A program made the position numbers and the translations under genes. Below the pieces are notes generated by a model. The model had not been told where the DNA came from. It saw only the letters and a program-made list of their open reading frames with translations, and made no database searches. Of a stretch of DNA of 64,000 bases, positions 23,084-33,465 are shown in pieces (position 1 is the stretch's first letter; every line of letters begins with the position of its first letter). This stretch comes from an uncultured delta proteobacterium (lineage in GTDB: Bacteria > Desulfobacterota > Binatia > DP-6): NCBI GenBank assembly GCA_963815115.1, contig CAWFFN010000007.1, positions 576,001 to 640,000 of the forward strand, given 5' to 3'.

Positions 23084-24253
23084 CTACCGGCCGGGCGGGG
23101 CCGGGACGTCGTACAGCCGGCTCCAGTTGTCCCACAGGATCTTGCGCTTTGCGCCCTCCGTCAGCGGGAGCCCGAGGAAGCTCTGCACCGCCCGCGGATA
23201 CTTCGAGTCGGCGTGGGGATAGTCGGTCGAGAAGACCAGGTTGTCGTCGCCGAAGATATCGACGTACTGCTTCACGGTCTCCTCGTCCGCCTCGACGGAG
23301 AGCCAGCAGTTGCGACGGAAGTACCCCGACGGCTTCATGGTCAGGTCAGGTGCCTCGAACTGCCCCAGCCACTCGTAGTGCTCGTCCAGCCGGTAGAACA
23401 GCCACGGCGCCCACGAGCAGTTGCCCTCGAGGAGCGCGAAGCGGATGCGGGGGAAGCGCTCGCACACGCCGCCGGCGGTCAGGCTCACCGCCGTCGCCAT
23501 GATGCCGAGGGGCTGGCTGAAGGTGTGCCACATCATCAGCCGGTCGAAGATCTCGAGGGAGAAATCCGGGCGCAGGTGATTCTGGCCGCCGCCGTGGAAG
23601 CCCACCGTGACTCCGAGCCGCTCGCACTCCGCCCACAGCGGATCGTAGGCGGGGTGGTGCCAGGGCCGGCGGTTGACGGTGCCGGGGGCGAGGAAGATCG
23701 CCTTGAAGCCGAACGACCGGCAGCGGCGCGTCTCCGCCACCGCCGCGTCGACGTCGTGGGGCGCCACCATGCCGGCCCCGATGAAGCGATCGGGGTGCTC
23801 GGCGCAGAAGTCGTGCAGCCAGTCGTTGTAGGCGCGGGCGATGGCGGCGGCGAACGCCGGCTCGAGGCCGTCCGGCCCCACCATGGCGGGCGTGTCGAGC
23901 CCCAGCACGAAGAGTCCGCGCGTCGGAAACAGGACCGCCAGATCGACTCCCTCGGCGTCCATCGCCTCCCTCTGCGACGCCGGATTCCAGCCCTGGCGCT
24001 CGGCGTGGGTGTACGGTCCCTCGTTCTCCTCCTTCCACGCGTTGCGCTCGCCCAGCGGGCGCACCCCGCCGAGCCGCAGGATCACGTGCGACTTCACCTT
24101 GACGCGCATGTCGCGCCGCATCTCGGTGAGGCCGACCGGGGCCACGTGGCGCCACGCCGGGTCGATGTAGCGCTGCCAGAGGTCGGCAGGCTCGAAGATG
24201 TGCATGTCGCTGTCGGCGACGAGATGGCCATCCGGGGTCACGATCCCCTCCAC
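23084..24253 (-). CDS. Amidohydrolase_2 family protein
   Basis: DSDMHIFEP, ARAYNDWL, GFHG, LEGNCSW, FSTDYPH. Confidence 0.92.
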   Translation of the reverse strand: MEGIVTPDGHLVADSDMHIFEPADLWQRYIDPAWRHVAPVGLTEMRRDMRVKVKSHVILRLGGVRPLGERNAWKEENEGPYTHAERQGWNPASQREAMDAEGVDLAVLFPTRGLFVLGLDTPAMVGPDGLEPAFAAAIARAYNDWLHDFCAEHPDRFIGAGMVAPHDVDAAVAETRRCRSFGFKAIFLAPGTVNRRPWHHPAYDPLWAECERLGVTVGFHGGGQNHLRPDFSLEIFDRLMMWHTFSQPLGIMATAVSLTAGGVCERFPRIRFALLEGNCSWAPWLFYRLDEHYEWLGQFEAPDLTMKPSGYFRRNCWLSVEADEETVKQYVDIFGDDNLVFSTDYPHADSKYPRAVQSFLGLPLTEGAKRKILWDNWSRLYDVPAPPGR

Positions 24254-24321
24254 GGTCGGTCGATCGATCGGAGGCGTACAAGACTCGCCGCCGCCCGTCC
24301 AGAGGAGTAGCCTCGCTCTCC

Positions 24322-24834
24322 GTGATCGTCGCCTTCGACGGCCAGCGCCCGCACATCGACCCGACGGCGTACGTCCCCGACGCCGCGGTCGTGGTCGGCG
24401 ACGTCGTCATCGGGCCGCAGTCGAGCCTGTGGTTCCACACCGTCGTGCGCGGCGACGTCCACCACGTGCGCATCGGGGCGCGCAGCAACGTCCAGGACAA
24501 CGCCACGGTGCACGTCGTCGGCGGCCGGCTGCCGACCATCGTCGGCGACGGCGTCACGATCGGTCACAACGCCATCCTCCACGGATGCACCGTCGAGGAC
24601 GGGTGTCTCGTCGGAATGGGCGCCATCGTGCTCGACGCCGTCGTCATCGGCGCCGAGAGCCTGGTCGGCGCCGGCGCGCTGCTGACACCGGGCACCCGCA
24701 TCCCGTCCCGCTCGCTCGTCCTCGGCAGCCCGGCCAAGCCGGTGCGCGCGCTCAGCGACGACGAGCTGGAGCGCCTGCGCGTCTCGGCCGCGAACTACGT
24801 GACCCTCGCGCAACGCTACCGGCAGACCTCGTGA
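24322..24834 (+). CDS. Gamma-carbonic anhydrase family protein (YrdA-like)
   Basis: Hexapeptide repeats; RGD, NVQDNATVH, IGHNAILHGC. Confidence 0.93.
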   Translation: MIVAFDGQRPHIDPTAYVPDAAVVVGDVVIGPQSSLWFHTVVRGDVHHVRIGARSNVQDNATVHVVGGRLPTIVGDGVTIGHNAILHGCTVEDGCLVGMGAIVLDAVVIGAESLVGAGALLTPGTRIPSRSLVLGSPAKPVRALSDDELERLRVSAANYVTLAQRYRQTS

Positions 24835-26191
24835 CCGTCTCGTCGCGCCGGCTGCGAAACCGCACCCGGAGCGGCACGCCGACCAGACCGAAGGATTCCA
24901 CGAACCGGGTCCGCAGGTAGCGCGCGTACGCCACCGGGACGCGCGCCGGCGCGCTGGCGAACACGGTCACCTCGGGAGGACGGCTTCCCGTCTGGGTGAC
25001 GTAGAAGAAGCGCAGCGCGCGGCCCTCCGGGCTGGGTGGCGCATGGGTCCCGACCGCGGCGCGCAGCGCGCGATTCAGCTCCGGGGTGGCGAGGCGCGCC
25101 GTGTAGCTGCGCTCGACCTGGATGAGGACGCCGAGGAGCGCGTCCAGCCCCTCTCCCGAGAGCGCCGACACGCAGATCAGGGGCAGGCCGGCGAAGGCGG
25201 GGTGCGCCTCGGCGAGCGTCCCGCGAAACGTGCGCACGTCGCGCGCCGGCCCGCGCACCAGATCCCACTTGTTGGCCAGCAGGATGACGCCGCGCCCCGC
25301 CTCCCACGCCCGGCCGACCAGGCGCGCGTCCTGATCGGTCATGCCTTCCTGCGCGTCCAGCACGAAGAGCGCCAGATCCGCCCGCTCGAGGGCGGCGAGC
25401 GCGCGCACCGCCCCGTGGCGCTCCAGCGTGTCGGTCACTCGCCCGCGCCGGCGGATGCCCGCCGTGTCGATGAGCACGTAGGCTCGCCCGCCGATCCGCA
25501 CGGCGGTATCGGTCGCGTCGCGCGTGGTCCCGGCCTCGGGTGCCACCAGCGCGCGCTCCGTGCCGAGCAGGCGGTTGAGCAGCGACGACTTCCCCACGTT
25601 GGGCCGGCCGAGCAGTGCGAGCGACAGGCCCCCGACGTCCGCGGTGGCCGGGGCCAGCGGTGGCAGGTGGCCCACGACGGCATCGAGCAGCGCCTCGAGC
25701 CCGCGGTTGTGCGCGGCCGAGACGGGGAAGAGCGCCGCGATCCCCGCCCCGTAGAACTCCGCCACCAGCGGCTCGCGTCCCGCCCCGTCGATCTTGTTGA
25801 CCGCGAACAGCACCGGCTTGTCCGCCCTGGCCAGCAGCCGGACGATGTCGCGGTCGGCGTGCGCCAGCCCAGCCGGGCCGTCGAGCACGCACACGACGCA
25901 GTCGGCGTCGCGGACGGCCGCCAGTGCCTGCGCCCGTACCTGGGCCGCCAGCGTGGCCGCGTCGCGCGGCGTCTCGGCGGCGAAGCCCCCCGTGTCGACA
26001 CACAGGAAGGTCCGGCCGCCGTGCGTCGCACGGGCGACCAGCCGATCGCGGGTGACGCCGGGCGCATCGTCGACGATCGCGCGCCGGGCCCCGACGATGC
26101 GGTTGAAGAGCGCCGACTTGCCGACGTTCGGCCGCCCGACGATGGCCACCACCGGCAGATCGGAGGCGAGCGTTTCTACCCGGGCGGCCAT
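24752..26191 (-). CDS. der: Ribosome biogenesis GTPase Der (EngA)
   Basis: Two GRPNVGKS G-domains, GVTRD/GTTRD, DTGG/DTAG, C-terminal KH-like domain. Confidence 0.96.
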   Translation of the reverse strand: MAARVETLASDLPVVAIVGRPNVGKSALFNRIVGARRAIVDDAPGVTRDRLVARATHGGRTFLCVDTGGFAAETPRDAATLAAQVRAQALAAVRDADCVVCVLDGPAGLAHADRDIVRLLARADKPVLFAVNKIDGAGREPLVAEFYGAGIAALFPVSAAHNRGLEALLDAVVGHLPPLAPATADVGGLSLALLGRPNVGKSSLLNRLLGTERALVAPEAGTTRDATDTAVRIGGRAYVLIDTAGIRRRGRVTDTLERHGAVRALAALERADLALFVLDAQEGMTDQDARLVGRAWEAGRGVILLANKWDLVRGPARDVRTFRGTLAEAHPAFAGLPLICVSALSGEGLDALLGVLIQVERSYTARLATPELNRALRAAVGTHAPPSPEGRALRFFYVTQTGSRPPEVTVFASAPARVPVAYARYLRTRFVESFGLVGVPLRVRFRSRRDETVTRSAGSVARGSRSSRPRRAGAPARRR

Positions 26192-26197
26192 CTCGCC

Positions 26198-27082
26198 TCA
26201 GAGCCCGAGCTCGCCGAGCCGTCGCGGGTTCTCGCTCCAGCCGGGCTCGACGCGCACGAACAGCTCGAGAAAGACCCGGCTGCCCAGCAGAGCCTCGAGC
26301 GCCTCGCGCGCGTGGCGGCCGATCTCGCGCAGGCGCTCGCCCTTGCTGCCGATCACGATGCCCTTGTGGCTCGGCCGCTCGACCAGGATGGTCACGGCGA
26401 TCACGATCAGCCCTTGCGCCGGCCGCTCCTCGAAGCTTTCCGCGACCGTCGCCGTGCGGTACGGCACCTCGTCGCGGGTCGCGAGAAATACCTGCTCGCG
26501 CACCAGCTCCTGCGCCAGGACGCGTGCCGGCTCCGTGGTGAAGTCGTCCTCGGCATGAAGCCGGGGACCCTCGGGGAGTGCACGGGTCACCAGCTCCAGG
26601 AGCAGCGGCACGTTGTCACCGCGCGTCGCGCTGGCCGGCACGATCTCACGGCCGGGCAGCAGCGCTCCCATCTCGGCCATCGACGGCAGCAGCCGCGAGC
26701 GCGGACCCCGATCCATCTTGTTCAGCACGACGATGGTCGGCAGGCGGGTGGCATCGAGCTCGGCCGCGAGCGCGCGGTCGCCGGCCACCACGCCGGCGCC
26801 GGCATCGAGGACGAGCAGCGCCGCGTCCGCCTCCTCGAGCGCGCGCCGCGCGGTCTCGACCATGCGGCGGTTCAGCGTGGAGCGGGCGTCGTGGATACCG
26901 GGCGTGTCGACGAACACCGCCTGTGCCTCGGGCAGCGTCCGGATGCCGACGACCCGCGTCCGCGTGGTCTGGGGCTTCGGCGTGACGATCGCCACCTTGG
27001 CACCGACGAGCGCGTTCAGGAGGGTCGACTTGCCGACGTTCGGCCGCCCGACGATGGCGACGATGCCTGCCCGGTACGCCAT
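26198..27082 (-). CDS. era: GTPase Era
   Basis: GRPNVGKSTL, KPQTTR, DTPG, NKMD, EVPY, KH GIVIGSKG; ATG at 27082. Confidence 0.97.
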   Translation of the reverse strand: MAYRAGIVAIVGRPNVGKSTLLNALVGAKVAIVTPKPQTTRTRVVGIRTLPEAQAVFVDTPGIHDARSTLNRRMVETARRALEEADAALLVLDAGAGVVAGDRALAAELDATRLPTIVVLNKMDRGPRSRLLPSMAEMGALLPGREIVPASATRGDNVPLLLELVTRALPEGPRLHAEDDFTTEPARVLAQELVREQVFLATRDEVPYRTATVAESFEERPAQGLIVIAVTILVERPSHKGIVIGSKGERLREIGRHAREALEALLGSRVFLELFVRVEPGWSENPRRLGELGL

Positions 27083-29244
27083 CACCCCCCCAGCGCGGGC
27101 TCGCAGATCAGCGTGAGGCGCGGCTGTACGGTTGCGCCCCGCCGGCGAACGGCGGCACGCAAGCCGAGCCGCCCGGGGCCGCCGCGGCTCGAGACCGGCA
27201 CGGCGAGCGGGACGGTTGCGGTGCACGCGCGATCCAGCGAGGCCGGGCCCTCCGGAAGCGCGCCGAACGCCGCGCGCAGGCTGCGGACCACCTGCGCGCG
27301 CGCCTGGGGCGAGCCGCCGCCGCTCGGCCGCAGGACCCGGGCCCCCCGGACGCTGGACGTCCGACAGCGCGGCAGCCCGTCGTCTCCATGCACGCGGAGG
27401 TCGAAGACGTTCGTGCACAGTGCGACCTGGACGGTGCAGGAGCCATCCACGGTGCCGTCGCGGTCACATTCGGGATCGCCGTCACGACAGTGCTGCCGCC
27501 GGCTCGGCAGACCGTCCTCGCCCAGCGTCGGCGCCGCCCGCTCCACGAGCCACTCGCCGGCGCACGCCTGACGGCGGTTCTGCACGCCGGGGACGAGACA
27601 GCGCTCCGCAGGCTCGCAGGGTCCCGACGGCACGCTCATCAGCCCCTCGGCCAGCAGCTCGGCCCGCGGCGAGCCCCATCCGGTGGCCAGATCGAAGCCG
27701 CGGAGGGCCAGGAAGCCGTTGCTGCCCGTGGTGACGTCGCGGAACACCGGCGCGCGCTGGCCCGCCTCGCCCTCACGGCCCAGCTGGTAGAGCGCGGGGA
27801 GGAGCTGTCCGAGGCCGCCGCGTCCGACGCGCTGATTCACCAGCGCGAGCACGCCGGCGAGAGCTGGAACGCTGGCGCTCGTCCCTCCCACGATCGCCGC
27901 GTCACCGTCCTGCACGATGACGTATCCCGGGCGGGCGGGGCTGGCGGCGAGGGCCAGATCGGGGAGGGCACGCCCGGCGAAGCGGCCGACACCGAGCTGG
28001 TAGGATGGGCGCGCGAAGACGGTGCTCACCCCGCCGCCCCCCGCTCCGCCGCCGTCGTTCCAGGCTTCCTCGCCGCCGTAGCCCGTGGCAGCGAACGTTC
28101 GCCCGTTGAACAGCGGGTCGAGCGCGGTGCCGCCGACCGCCACGCTGTTCGGCGAGGCGGCGAGGGCGTTCACCGCCACCAGGTTCGAGTCGGGCGCGCA
28201 GTCGGTGGCGCCGGCGTCGCCCGCCGCCACCAGCACCGTCTGGCCCTGGAGGTTCGCCAGCCCGTAGAAGGTGTCGAAGAGCTCGGTCGCGGTGCGCGTG
28301 CTGAAGGCCTCGCACAGCCCGAAGCTGAGGGAGACCACGTCCCCGACGCGATCGCTCACCGCCTTCACCAGCGCCTCGGGGATGTCGCCGGCGCGCGAGC
28401 CGATCACCACCTCGAGGGCCGCTCCGGGGGCGAGCGCCGCGCCCCACTGCACGTCGAGCAGCACCTCCATGCGCTCGATCGGGTCGGCCAGAACGCCCGG
28501 GTTGCTGGGACCCGCGAGCAGCTTGTGCAGCGGACGCGGGCCGTCGAGGTAGCGCTCCCCGAATCGCTGCACGTCGCTCTCGTCGAAGTCGCTGCGCGCG
28601 AGCACCGCCACCGAGCTGCCGGTTCCGTCCACACCCGCGTCGCGCAGCGGCGACACGTCGTACACGGTGGCGAAGTCGGCCGGCGCGAGCGCCACCTCCT
28701 TGTTGCCGAGCCGCACCAGCGGGCGGAAGGCGGGCAGATCGTCGAGCCCGAGCAGACCGCGGACGCCGAGCTCCGCGGGCAGCGCCGGCTCGGCCAGCGG
28801 CGCGTGATACACCCGCCCCCGGCGCCGGAAGAGGCCGATCGGAGCCGCGAGCGCCTCCGCCGCCAGTCCCGCCGTGCCCTCGAGGGTGAGCGCCACCCGG
28901 AACGGCGAGTCCGCGACCACCGCGAAGCCGCGCTCGACGAACCAGCGTCGCACGCGCTCGTAGTGATCGCGCCGCGCGCCGAAGCGGTCCGCGATCTCGG
29001 TCGCGTCGAGCCAGCGCCGGAAGCGTGGCGAGCGTGGGTCCTGCTGCGCCGCGATCATGGCATCGAGCGCCGGGCGATCGCGCACGCCGAGAAACGCGAC
29101 GATGCGCGGCAGGGCAAGGGTCGGCTCGGCGCGACCGGCGGGCGTCATCGACGCCACGGCGGGCGGGACACTTCCCGCCGCCGCCCGGGCAGGTGCGACC
29201 AGGGCGCTCAGCCCGAGCACGAGCAGCGCCCCGACGGCCGTCAT
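27082..29244 (-). CDS. Secreted S53 (sedolisin/kumamolisin) peptidase with prodomain and C-terminal Cys-rich domain
   Basis: Signal peptide, pro-kumamolisin region (QDPRSPRFRRWL), catalytic EVLLD, AAGDAG, GGTSAS, GFDLATGWGS. Confidence 0.92.
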   Translation of the reverse strand: MTAVGALLVLGLSALVAPARAAAGSVPPAVASMTPAGRAEPTLALPRIVAFLGVRDRPALDAMIAAQQDPRSPRFRRWLDATEIADRFGARRDHYERVRRWFVERGFAVVADSPFRVALTLEGTAGLAAEALAAPIGLFRRRGRVYHAPLAEPALPAELGVRGLLGLDDLPAFRPLVRLGNKEVALAPADFATVYDVSPLRDAGVDGTGSSVAVLARSDFDESDVQRFGERYLDGPRPLHKLLAGPSNPGVLADPIERMEVLLDVQWGAALAPGAALEVVIGSRAGDIPEALVKAVSDRVGDVVSLSFGLCEAFSTRTATELFDTFYGLANLQGQTVLVAAGDAGATDCAPDSNLVAVNALAASPNSVAVGGTALDPLFNGRTFAATGYGGEEAWNDGGGAGGGGVSTVFARPSYQLGVGRFAGRALPDLALAASPARPGYVIVQDGDAAIVGGTSASVPALAGVLALVNQRVGRGGLGQLLPALYQLGREGEAGQRAPVFRDVTTGSNGFLALRGFDLATGWGSPRAELLAEGLMSVPSGPCEPAERCLVPGVQNRRQACAGEWLVERAAPTLGEDGLPSRRQHCRDGDPECDRDGTVDGSCTVQVALCTNVFDLRVHGDDGLPRCRTSSVRGARVLRPSGGGSPQARAQVVRSLRAAFGALPEGPASLDRACTATVPLAVPVSSRGGPGRLGLRAAVRRRGATVQPRLTLICEPALGG

Positions 29245-29936
29245 TCCGTGGGTTCCGGAGTGGCCCGCTCGAGCTCGGCGAGCGCGGTCATCGCGGCCGC
29301 CTGCTCGGCGGTCTTCTTGCTGTGCCCCACGCCGCGGCCGTAGCGGCGCCCGGCGATGCTCAGCTCCGATACGAAGCGCTTGGCGTGGTCGGGCCCGCTT
29401 TCCTCGACGAGCACGTAGACCGGCGTCGCCCGGAAGAGCCGCTGGGTGAGCTCCTGGAGCCTCGTCTTGTAGTCACGCAGTCCGGCGGTCGTCTCGCTCA
29501 CGAGGTCGCCGGCGAAGTGCCGCTCGACGACGCGGCGCGCGGCCTCGTAGCCGCCGTCGGCGTACACCGCTCCCAGCACGGCCTCGTACGCCGCCCCCAG
29601 GATCGACTCCTTGTCGCGCCCGCCGCTCTTCTCCTCGCCCTTGCCGAGCCGCAGCCACCGGCCGAGCTCGAGCGTGCGTGCCTTGTCGGCGAGGATGCCG
29701 GCGTTCACCAGGCCCGCTCGCAGCTTCGACAGCTCGCCCTCTCGAGCGGCCGGAAAGCGCTCCATCAGGAGATCGGCCATGGCGAGCGCCAGCACGGCGT
29801 CGCCGAGGAACTCGAGCGTCTCGTTGTTGGGATCGTCGGGGCTGACGGAGCGATGGGTGAGCGCCACGCGCAGGTGGTCGGGCCGCTGGAAGCGGTAGCC
29901 GAGACCCGCCTCCAGGCTCTCCTCCAGCTCGCTCAT
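29241..29936 (-). CDS. rnc: Ribonuclease III
   Basis: ALTHRS, NETLEFLGDAVL, dsRBD DYKTRLQE...SKKTAEQAAA. Confidence 0.97.
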   Translation of the reverse strand: MSELEESLEAGLGYRFQRPDHLRVALTHRSVSPDDPNNETLEFLGDAVLALAMADLLMERFPAAREGELSKLRAGLVNAGILADKARTLELGRWLRLGKGEEKSGGRDKESILGAAYEAVLGAVYADGGYEAARRVVERHFAGDLVSETTAGLRDYKTRLQELTQRLFRATPVYVLVEESGPDHAKRFVSELSIAGRRYGRGVGHSKKTAEQAAAMTALAELERATPEPTE

Positions 29937-31243
29937 GGGATCGCGTCGGCCTCGACTCGCGCCCCGTTCGTGACCCGGAGGCGAACCCGGATGGCCTGCC
30001 CCATCCACGCGTCCGGACCCTGCAGGCGCGCGCGCAGGTAGTTGCGCGTGTAGCCCCGCAAGGCGCCGCTTTCCGGATCGCGCGTCGTCTCCACCAGCAC
30101 CTCGGCCGGTGCGCCGTGGAACCGACCCGCAAACCCGGCACGCTTCTGCTCGCAGACGGTGCGCAGGCGGCGGGCTCGCGCCGTGATCGTCGCCGGCGGC
30201 TGGTGGCCGTCGAGCTTCGCGGCGGTGGTACCGCTGCGCACCGAGTAGGGGAAGACATGGCCGTAGGTGATCGGGCTCGACTCCACGAAGCGCAGCGTGC
30301 GCTCGAAGGCGTCGTCATCCTCTCCCGGGAAGCCGGCGATGAGATCGGTGCCGATGGCGGCGGCAGGCAGCAGCTCGCGGACCATCGCCAGTCGCTCGGC
30401 AGCGAGCGCCGTGTCGTAGCGCCGGCGCATGCGCACGAGCACCCCGTCGTCGCCCGCCTGGAGCGGCACGTGGAGGTGCGGGCAGATGGCCGGCGCGGCG
30501 GCCATCCGGCGCACCAGCGCCTCGCTCACCTCGTGCGGGTCGATGGACGACAGGCGGATGCGCGCGAAGCGTCCCTGCTCGACGAGCGCATCGACGAGCC
30601 AGGCGAGATCGAGCGGCGGGTCGAGGTCGTGTCCCCAGCCTCCGAGATGGATGCCGGTGAGGACGACCTCGCGAAAGCCACGCGCCGCCAGGCCGTCGAG
30701 CTCGGCGAGAATGGCGCGCGGCGGGAGGCTGCGGCTCCGCCCGCGCGCCATCGGCACGATGCAGAACGTGCAGAACAGGTCGCAGCCCTCCTGCACCTTC
30801 AGGAAGGCCCGCGTCTGGCCGTCGAACGTCCGCGCCCCGAAGGTCTCGACCCGGGTCTCGCGCCGGCTGCGCTCCACCTCGACGCGTCCCACCCGCGGCG
30901 CCTCGGCGGTCACCGCTTCCACCAGGGCCTCGAGCCGGTTGAGGCCGATCACGTGGTCGACGGCCTCGACGGCCGCGGCCGCCAGCGGCTGCGTCTGGGC
31001 ATAGCATCCCGTCAGGATGACCCGCGCGGCCGGATTGCCGCGTCGGGCCCGGCGCGCGAGCCGCCGGCTCTCGGCGTCGGCGGCGTCGGTCACGGTGCAC
31101 GAGTTGACGATGACCACGTCGGCTGGCGCGCCGGGCTCGACCAGCACGCAGCCCGCCGCGCGCAGGCGATCCGCGATGGTCGCCGTGTCGTAGGCGTTCA
31201 CCTTGCAGCCGAGCGTGGCGATCGCCACGCGGCGCTCGCTCAT
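29933..31243 (-). CDS. mtaB: tRNA t6A methylthiotransferase MtaB
   Basis: [35 protein letters not shown] radical SAM motif. Confidence 0.93.
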   Translation of the reverse strand: MSERRVAIATLGCKVNAYDTATIADRLRAAGCVLVEPGAPADVVIVNSCTVTDAADAESRRLARRARRGNPAARVILTGCYAQTQPLAAAAVEAVDHVIGLNRLEALVEAVTAEAPRVGRVEVERSRRETRVETFGARTFDGQTRAFLKVQEGCDLFCTFCIVPMARGRSRSLPPRAILAELDGLAARGFREVVLTGIHLGGWGHDLDPPLDLAWLVDALVEQGRFARIRLSSIDPHEVSEALVRRMAAAPAICPHLHVPLQAGDDGVLVRMRRRYDTALAAERLAMVRELLPAAAIGTDLIAGFPGEDDDAFERTLRFVESSPITYGHVFPYSVRSGTTAAKLDGHQPPATITARARRLRTVCEQKRAGFAGRFHGAPAEVLVETTRDPESGALRGYTRNYLRARLQGPDAWMGQAIRVRLRVTNGARVEADAIP

Positions 31244-32304
31244 GGCGTCGCCTGCGCGATCCAGCCGCCGCCGGCCACCAGCTCGCCCCGGTAGAATACG
31301 GCCGCCTGCCCCGGGGTCACCGCGGGTCCGCGCTCCGCGAAGCGGACCCGGGCGACGTCCCCGCCCGCCTCGACGAGCCGTGCGGGGAGCGGACGCTGGC
31401 GATGGCGGACGCGCACCTCGAGCGCGGTGCCCGGTGCGGGCGGCGTGCCGGCGCTCCAGATCGTCCCGCGCGCGACGAGTCCGTCCGCGGCGAGGCTCTC
31501 GACCCCCCCGACCGAGACCGTCGCCGTGGCCGCGTCCAGGCGCTGCACGTAGCGCGGCGCCTCCGCGGTGAGCCCGAGGCCGCGGCGCTGGCCGATCGTG
31601 AAGCGGTGCACCCCGCCATGCTCGCCGAGCACCGTGCCCTCCCCATCGACGACGACCCCGGGGCGGAGCGCACCCGGGGGCGCGTGGCGCTCGACGAAGC
31701 CCGCGGCGTCCCCATCCGGCACGAAGCACACCTCCATGCTCTCCGGCTTCGCCGCCACGGACAGCTGGCGGGCGGCGGCCTCGGCGCGCACCTCGGCCTT
31801 GGTCAGGTCGCCGACGGGGAACAGCGTGCGCCCGAGCGCGGTGTGGTCGAGCCCGAAGAGGAAGTAGGTCTGGTCCTTCGCGGCATCGGCCGCCGCACGC
31901 AGCGCCAGGCGCCCGGTGGCGGGGTCGGTCGCGATGCGGGCGTAGTGACCGGTGGCGAGATGGCTCGCCCCCAGCTCGCGCGCTCGGCGCCAGAGGAGAT
32001 CGAACTTGACGTGCTGGTTGCAGCGCGCGCACGGGTTCGGCGTCCGGCCCGCGAGGTACTCGGCAACGAACGGTTCGACGACGGCGCGCGCGAACGCGTC
32101 GCGGAAGTCGAAGACGTAGTGCGGGATGCCCAGCCGGTCGGCCACCGCACGCGCGTCGTGGAAATCGTCGAGCGAGCAGCAGCTCCCACCCCCCTCCCCC
32201 GCCAGGCGAAGCGAGATGCCGATCACGTCATGGCCGGCGGCCACGCAGCGCGCCGCGGCGACCGCGCTGTCGACACCCCCGCTCATCGCCACGACGACCC
32301 TCAC
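31240..32304 (-). CDS. mnmA: tRNA-specific 2-thiouridylase MnmA
   Basis: [48 protein letters not shown]. Confidence 0.97.
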   Translation of the reverse strand: MRVVVAMSGGVDSAVAAARCVAAGHDVIGISLRLAGEGGGSCCSLDDFHDARAVADRLGIPHYVFDFRDAFARAVVEPFVAEYLAGRTPNPCARCNQHVKFDLLWRRARELGASHLATGHYARIATDPATGRLALRAAADAAKDQTYFLFGLDHTALGRTLFPVGDLTKAEVRAEAAARQLSVAAKPESMEVCFVPDGDAAGFVERHAPPGALRPGVVVDGEGTVLGEHGGVHRFTIGQRRGLGLTAEAPRYVQRLDAATATVSVGGVESLAADGLVARGTIWSAGTPPAPGTALEVRVRHRQRPLPARLVEAGGDVARVRFAERGPAVTPGQAAVFYRGELVAGGGWIAQATP

Positions 32305-33458
32305 GCCGCCGCCCCCGCCCGGGCGCGCTGCCGGATGTCGCGCACCAGGCGGGGCAGGAGATCGATGACGGCGTCGATCTCGCCCTCGCTGGTGGCAGGC
32401 CCCAGGCTCACGCGGAGCCCGCTCCGCGCGGCCTCGTCGTCGAGCCCCATGGCGCGGAGCACGTGCGACGGCTCGGGCGACCCCGCCGCACACGCCGAGC
32501 CGAGCGAGACCGCGACGCCGGCCAGGTCGAGGAGCACCAGGAGGCTCTCACCCGCGCAGCCCGGGAAGCGGAGGCTCAGCGTGTTCGGCAAGCGCGGACC
32601 GCTGGCCGGTCCGTGGCGGACGACGTCCGGGACACGGGCGCGGATCCCTTCCCACAGCCGCTCCGCGAGTGCCGCCATGCGCGAGCCGGCGGTCTCCACG
32701 TCCGCCGCCGCCGCCCGGGCGGCGGCGGCGAATCCGACGGCGGCGGGGAGATTCTCGGTCCCGGCACGGAGCCCGCGCTCCTGCGGGCCGCCGGTGACGA
32801 GCGGCTGCAGGCGGACCTCGCGGCGTACCCAGAGCGCGCCCGAACCCGCGGGCCCGCCCAGCTTGTGGCTCGAGAGGGAGAGCAGGTCGATCCCGAGCGT
32901 GCTCACGTCGACCGGCACGCGTCCCGCCGCCTGCGCCGCGTCGGTGTGCACCACGATGCCCCGCCCGCGCAGCGCTCCGGCGATCGCGCCCACCGGCGCC
33001 AGCGTCCCCACCTCGCCGTTCGCGAGTCCGATGCTGACCAGCGCCGTGCGGGTGTCGCAGGCGGCGACGACGCGCGCCGCCTCGACGCGCCCTTCGGCGT
33101 CGACCGGCACGACGGTGACCCGCGCACCCCCTCCCGCGAGGTGGCGCGCCGTCTCCAGCACGGAGGCATGCTCGATCGCGCTCACCACCAGGCCGGCGTG
33201 CTCCCCCGCCGCCGCCAGCACGCCGCGCAGCGCGAGGTTGTTGGCCTCGGTGGCTCCGCCGGTGAAGACGACGTCGGCGGGCCGCGCCCCGACGAGGCTC
33301 GCCACCCCCGCACGCGCGTCCTCCAGCAGGCCGCGGGCGCGGGCGCCCTCGCGGTGTGCGCTGGACGGGTTCGCCGGCGGGCCGAGGACGGCGAGCATCG
33401 CGGCGCGCGCCTCGGGACGAAGCGGCGCACCGGCGTTGTGATCGAGGTAGATGCGCAT
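32301..33458 (-). CDS. Cysteine desulfurase (IscS/NifS family)
   Basis: [23 protein letters not shown] (PLP Lys), GSACAAG; coupled to mnmA. Confidence 0.95.
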   Translation of the reverse strand: MRIYLDHNAGAPLRPEARAAMLAVLGPPANPSSAHREGARARGLLEDARAGVASLVGARPADVVFTGGATEANNLALRGVLAAAGEHAGLVVSAIEHASVLETARHLAGGGARVTVVPVDAEGRVEAARVVAACDTRTALVSIGLANGEVGTLAPVGAIAGALRGRGIVVHTDAAQAAGRVPVDVSTLGIDLLSLSSHKLGGPAGSGALWVRREVRLQPLVTGGPQERGLRAGTENLPAAVGFAAAARAAAADVETAGSRMAALAERLWEGIRARVPDVVRHGPASGPRLPNTLSLRFPGCAGESLLVLLDLAGVAVSLGSACAAGSPEPSHVLRAMGLDDEAARSGLRVSLGPATSEGEIDAVIDLLPRLVRDIRQRARAGAAA

Positions 33459-33465
33459 GGGCGCG

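Noticed and set aside
24752-24834. 83-bp convergent overlap of der and the gamma-CA gene
   Set aside because: Low-complexity basic tail from late stop usage, common in high-GC genomes.
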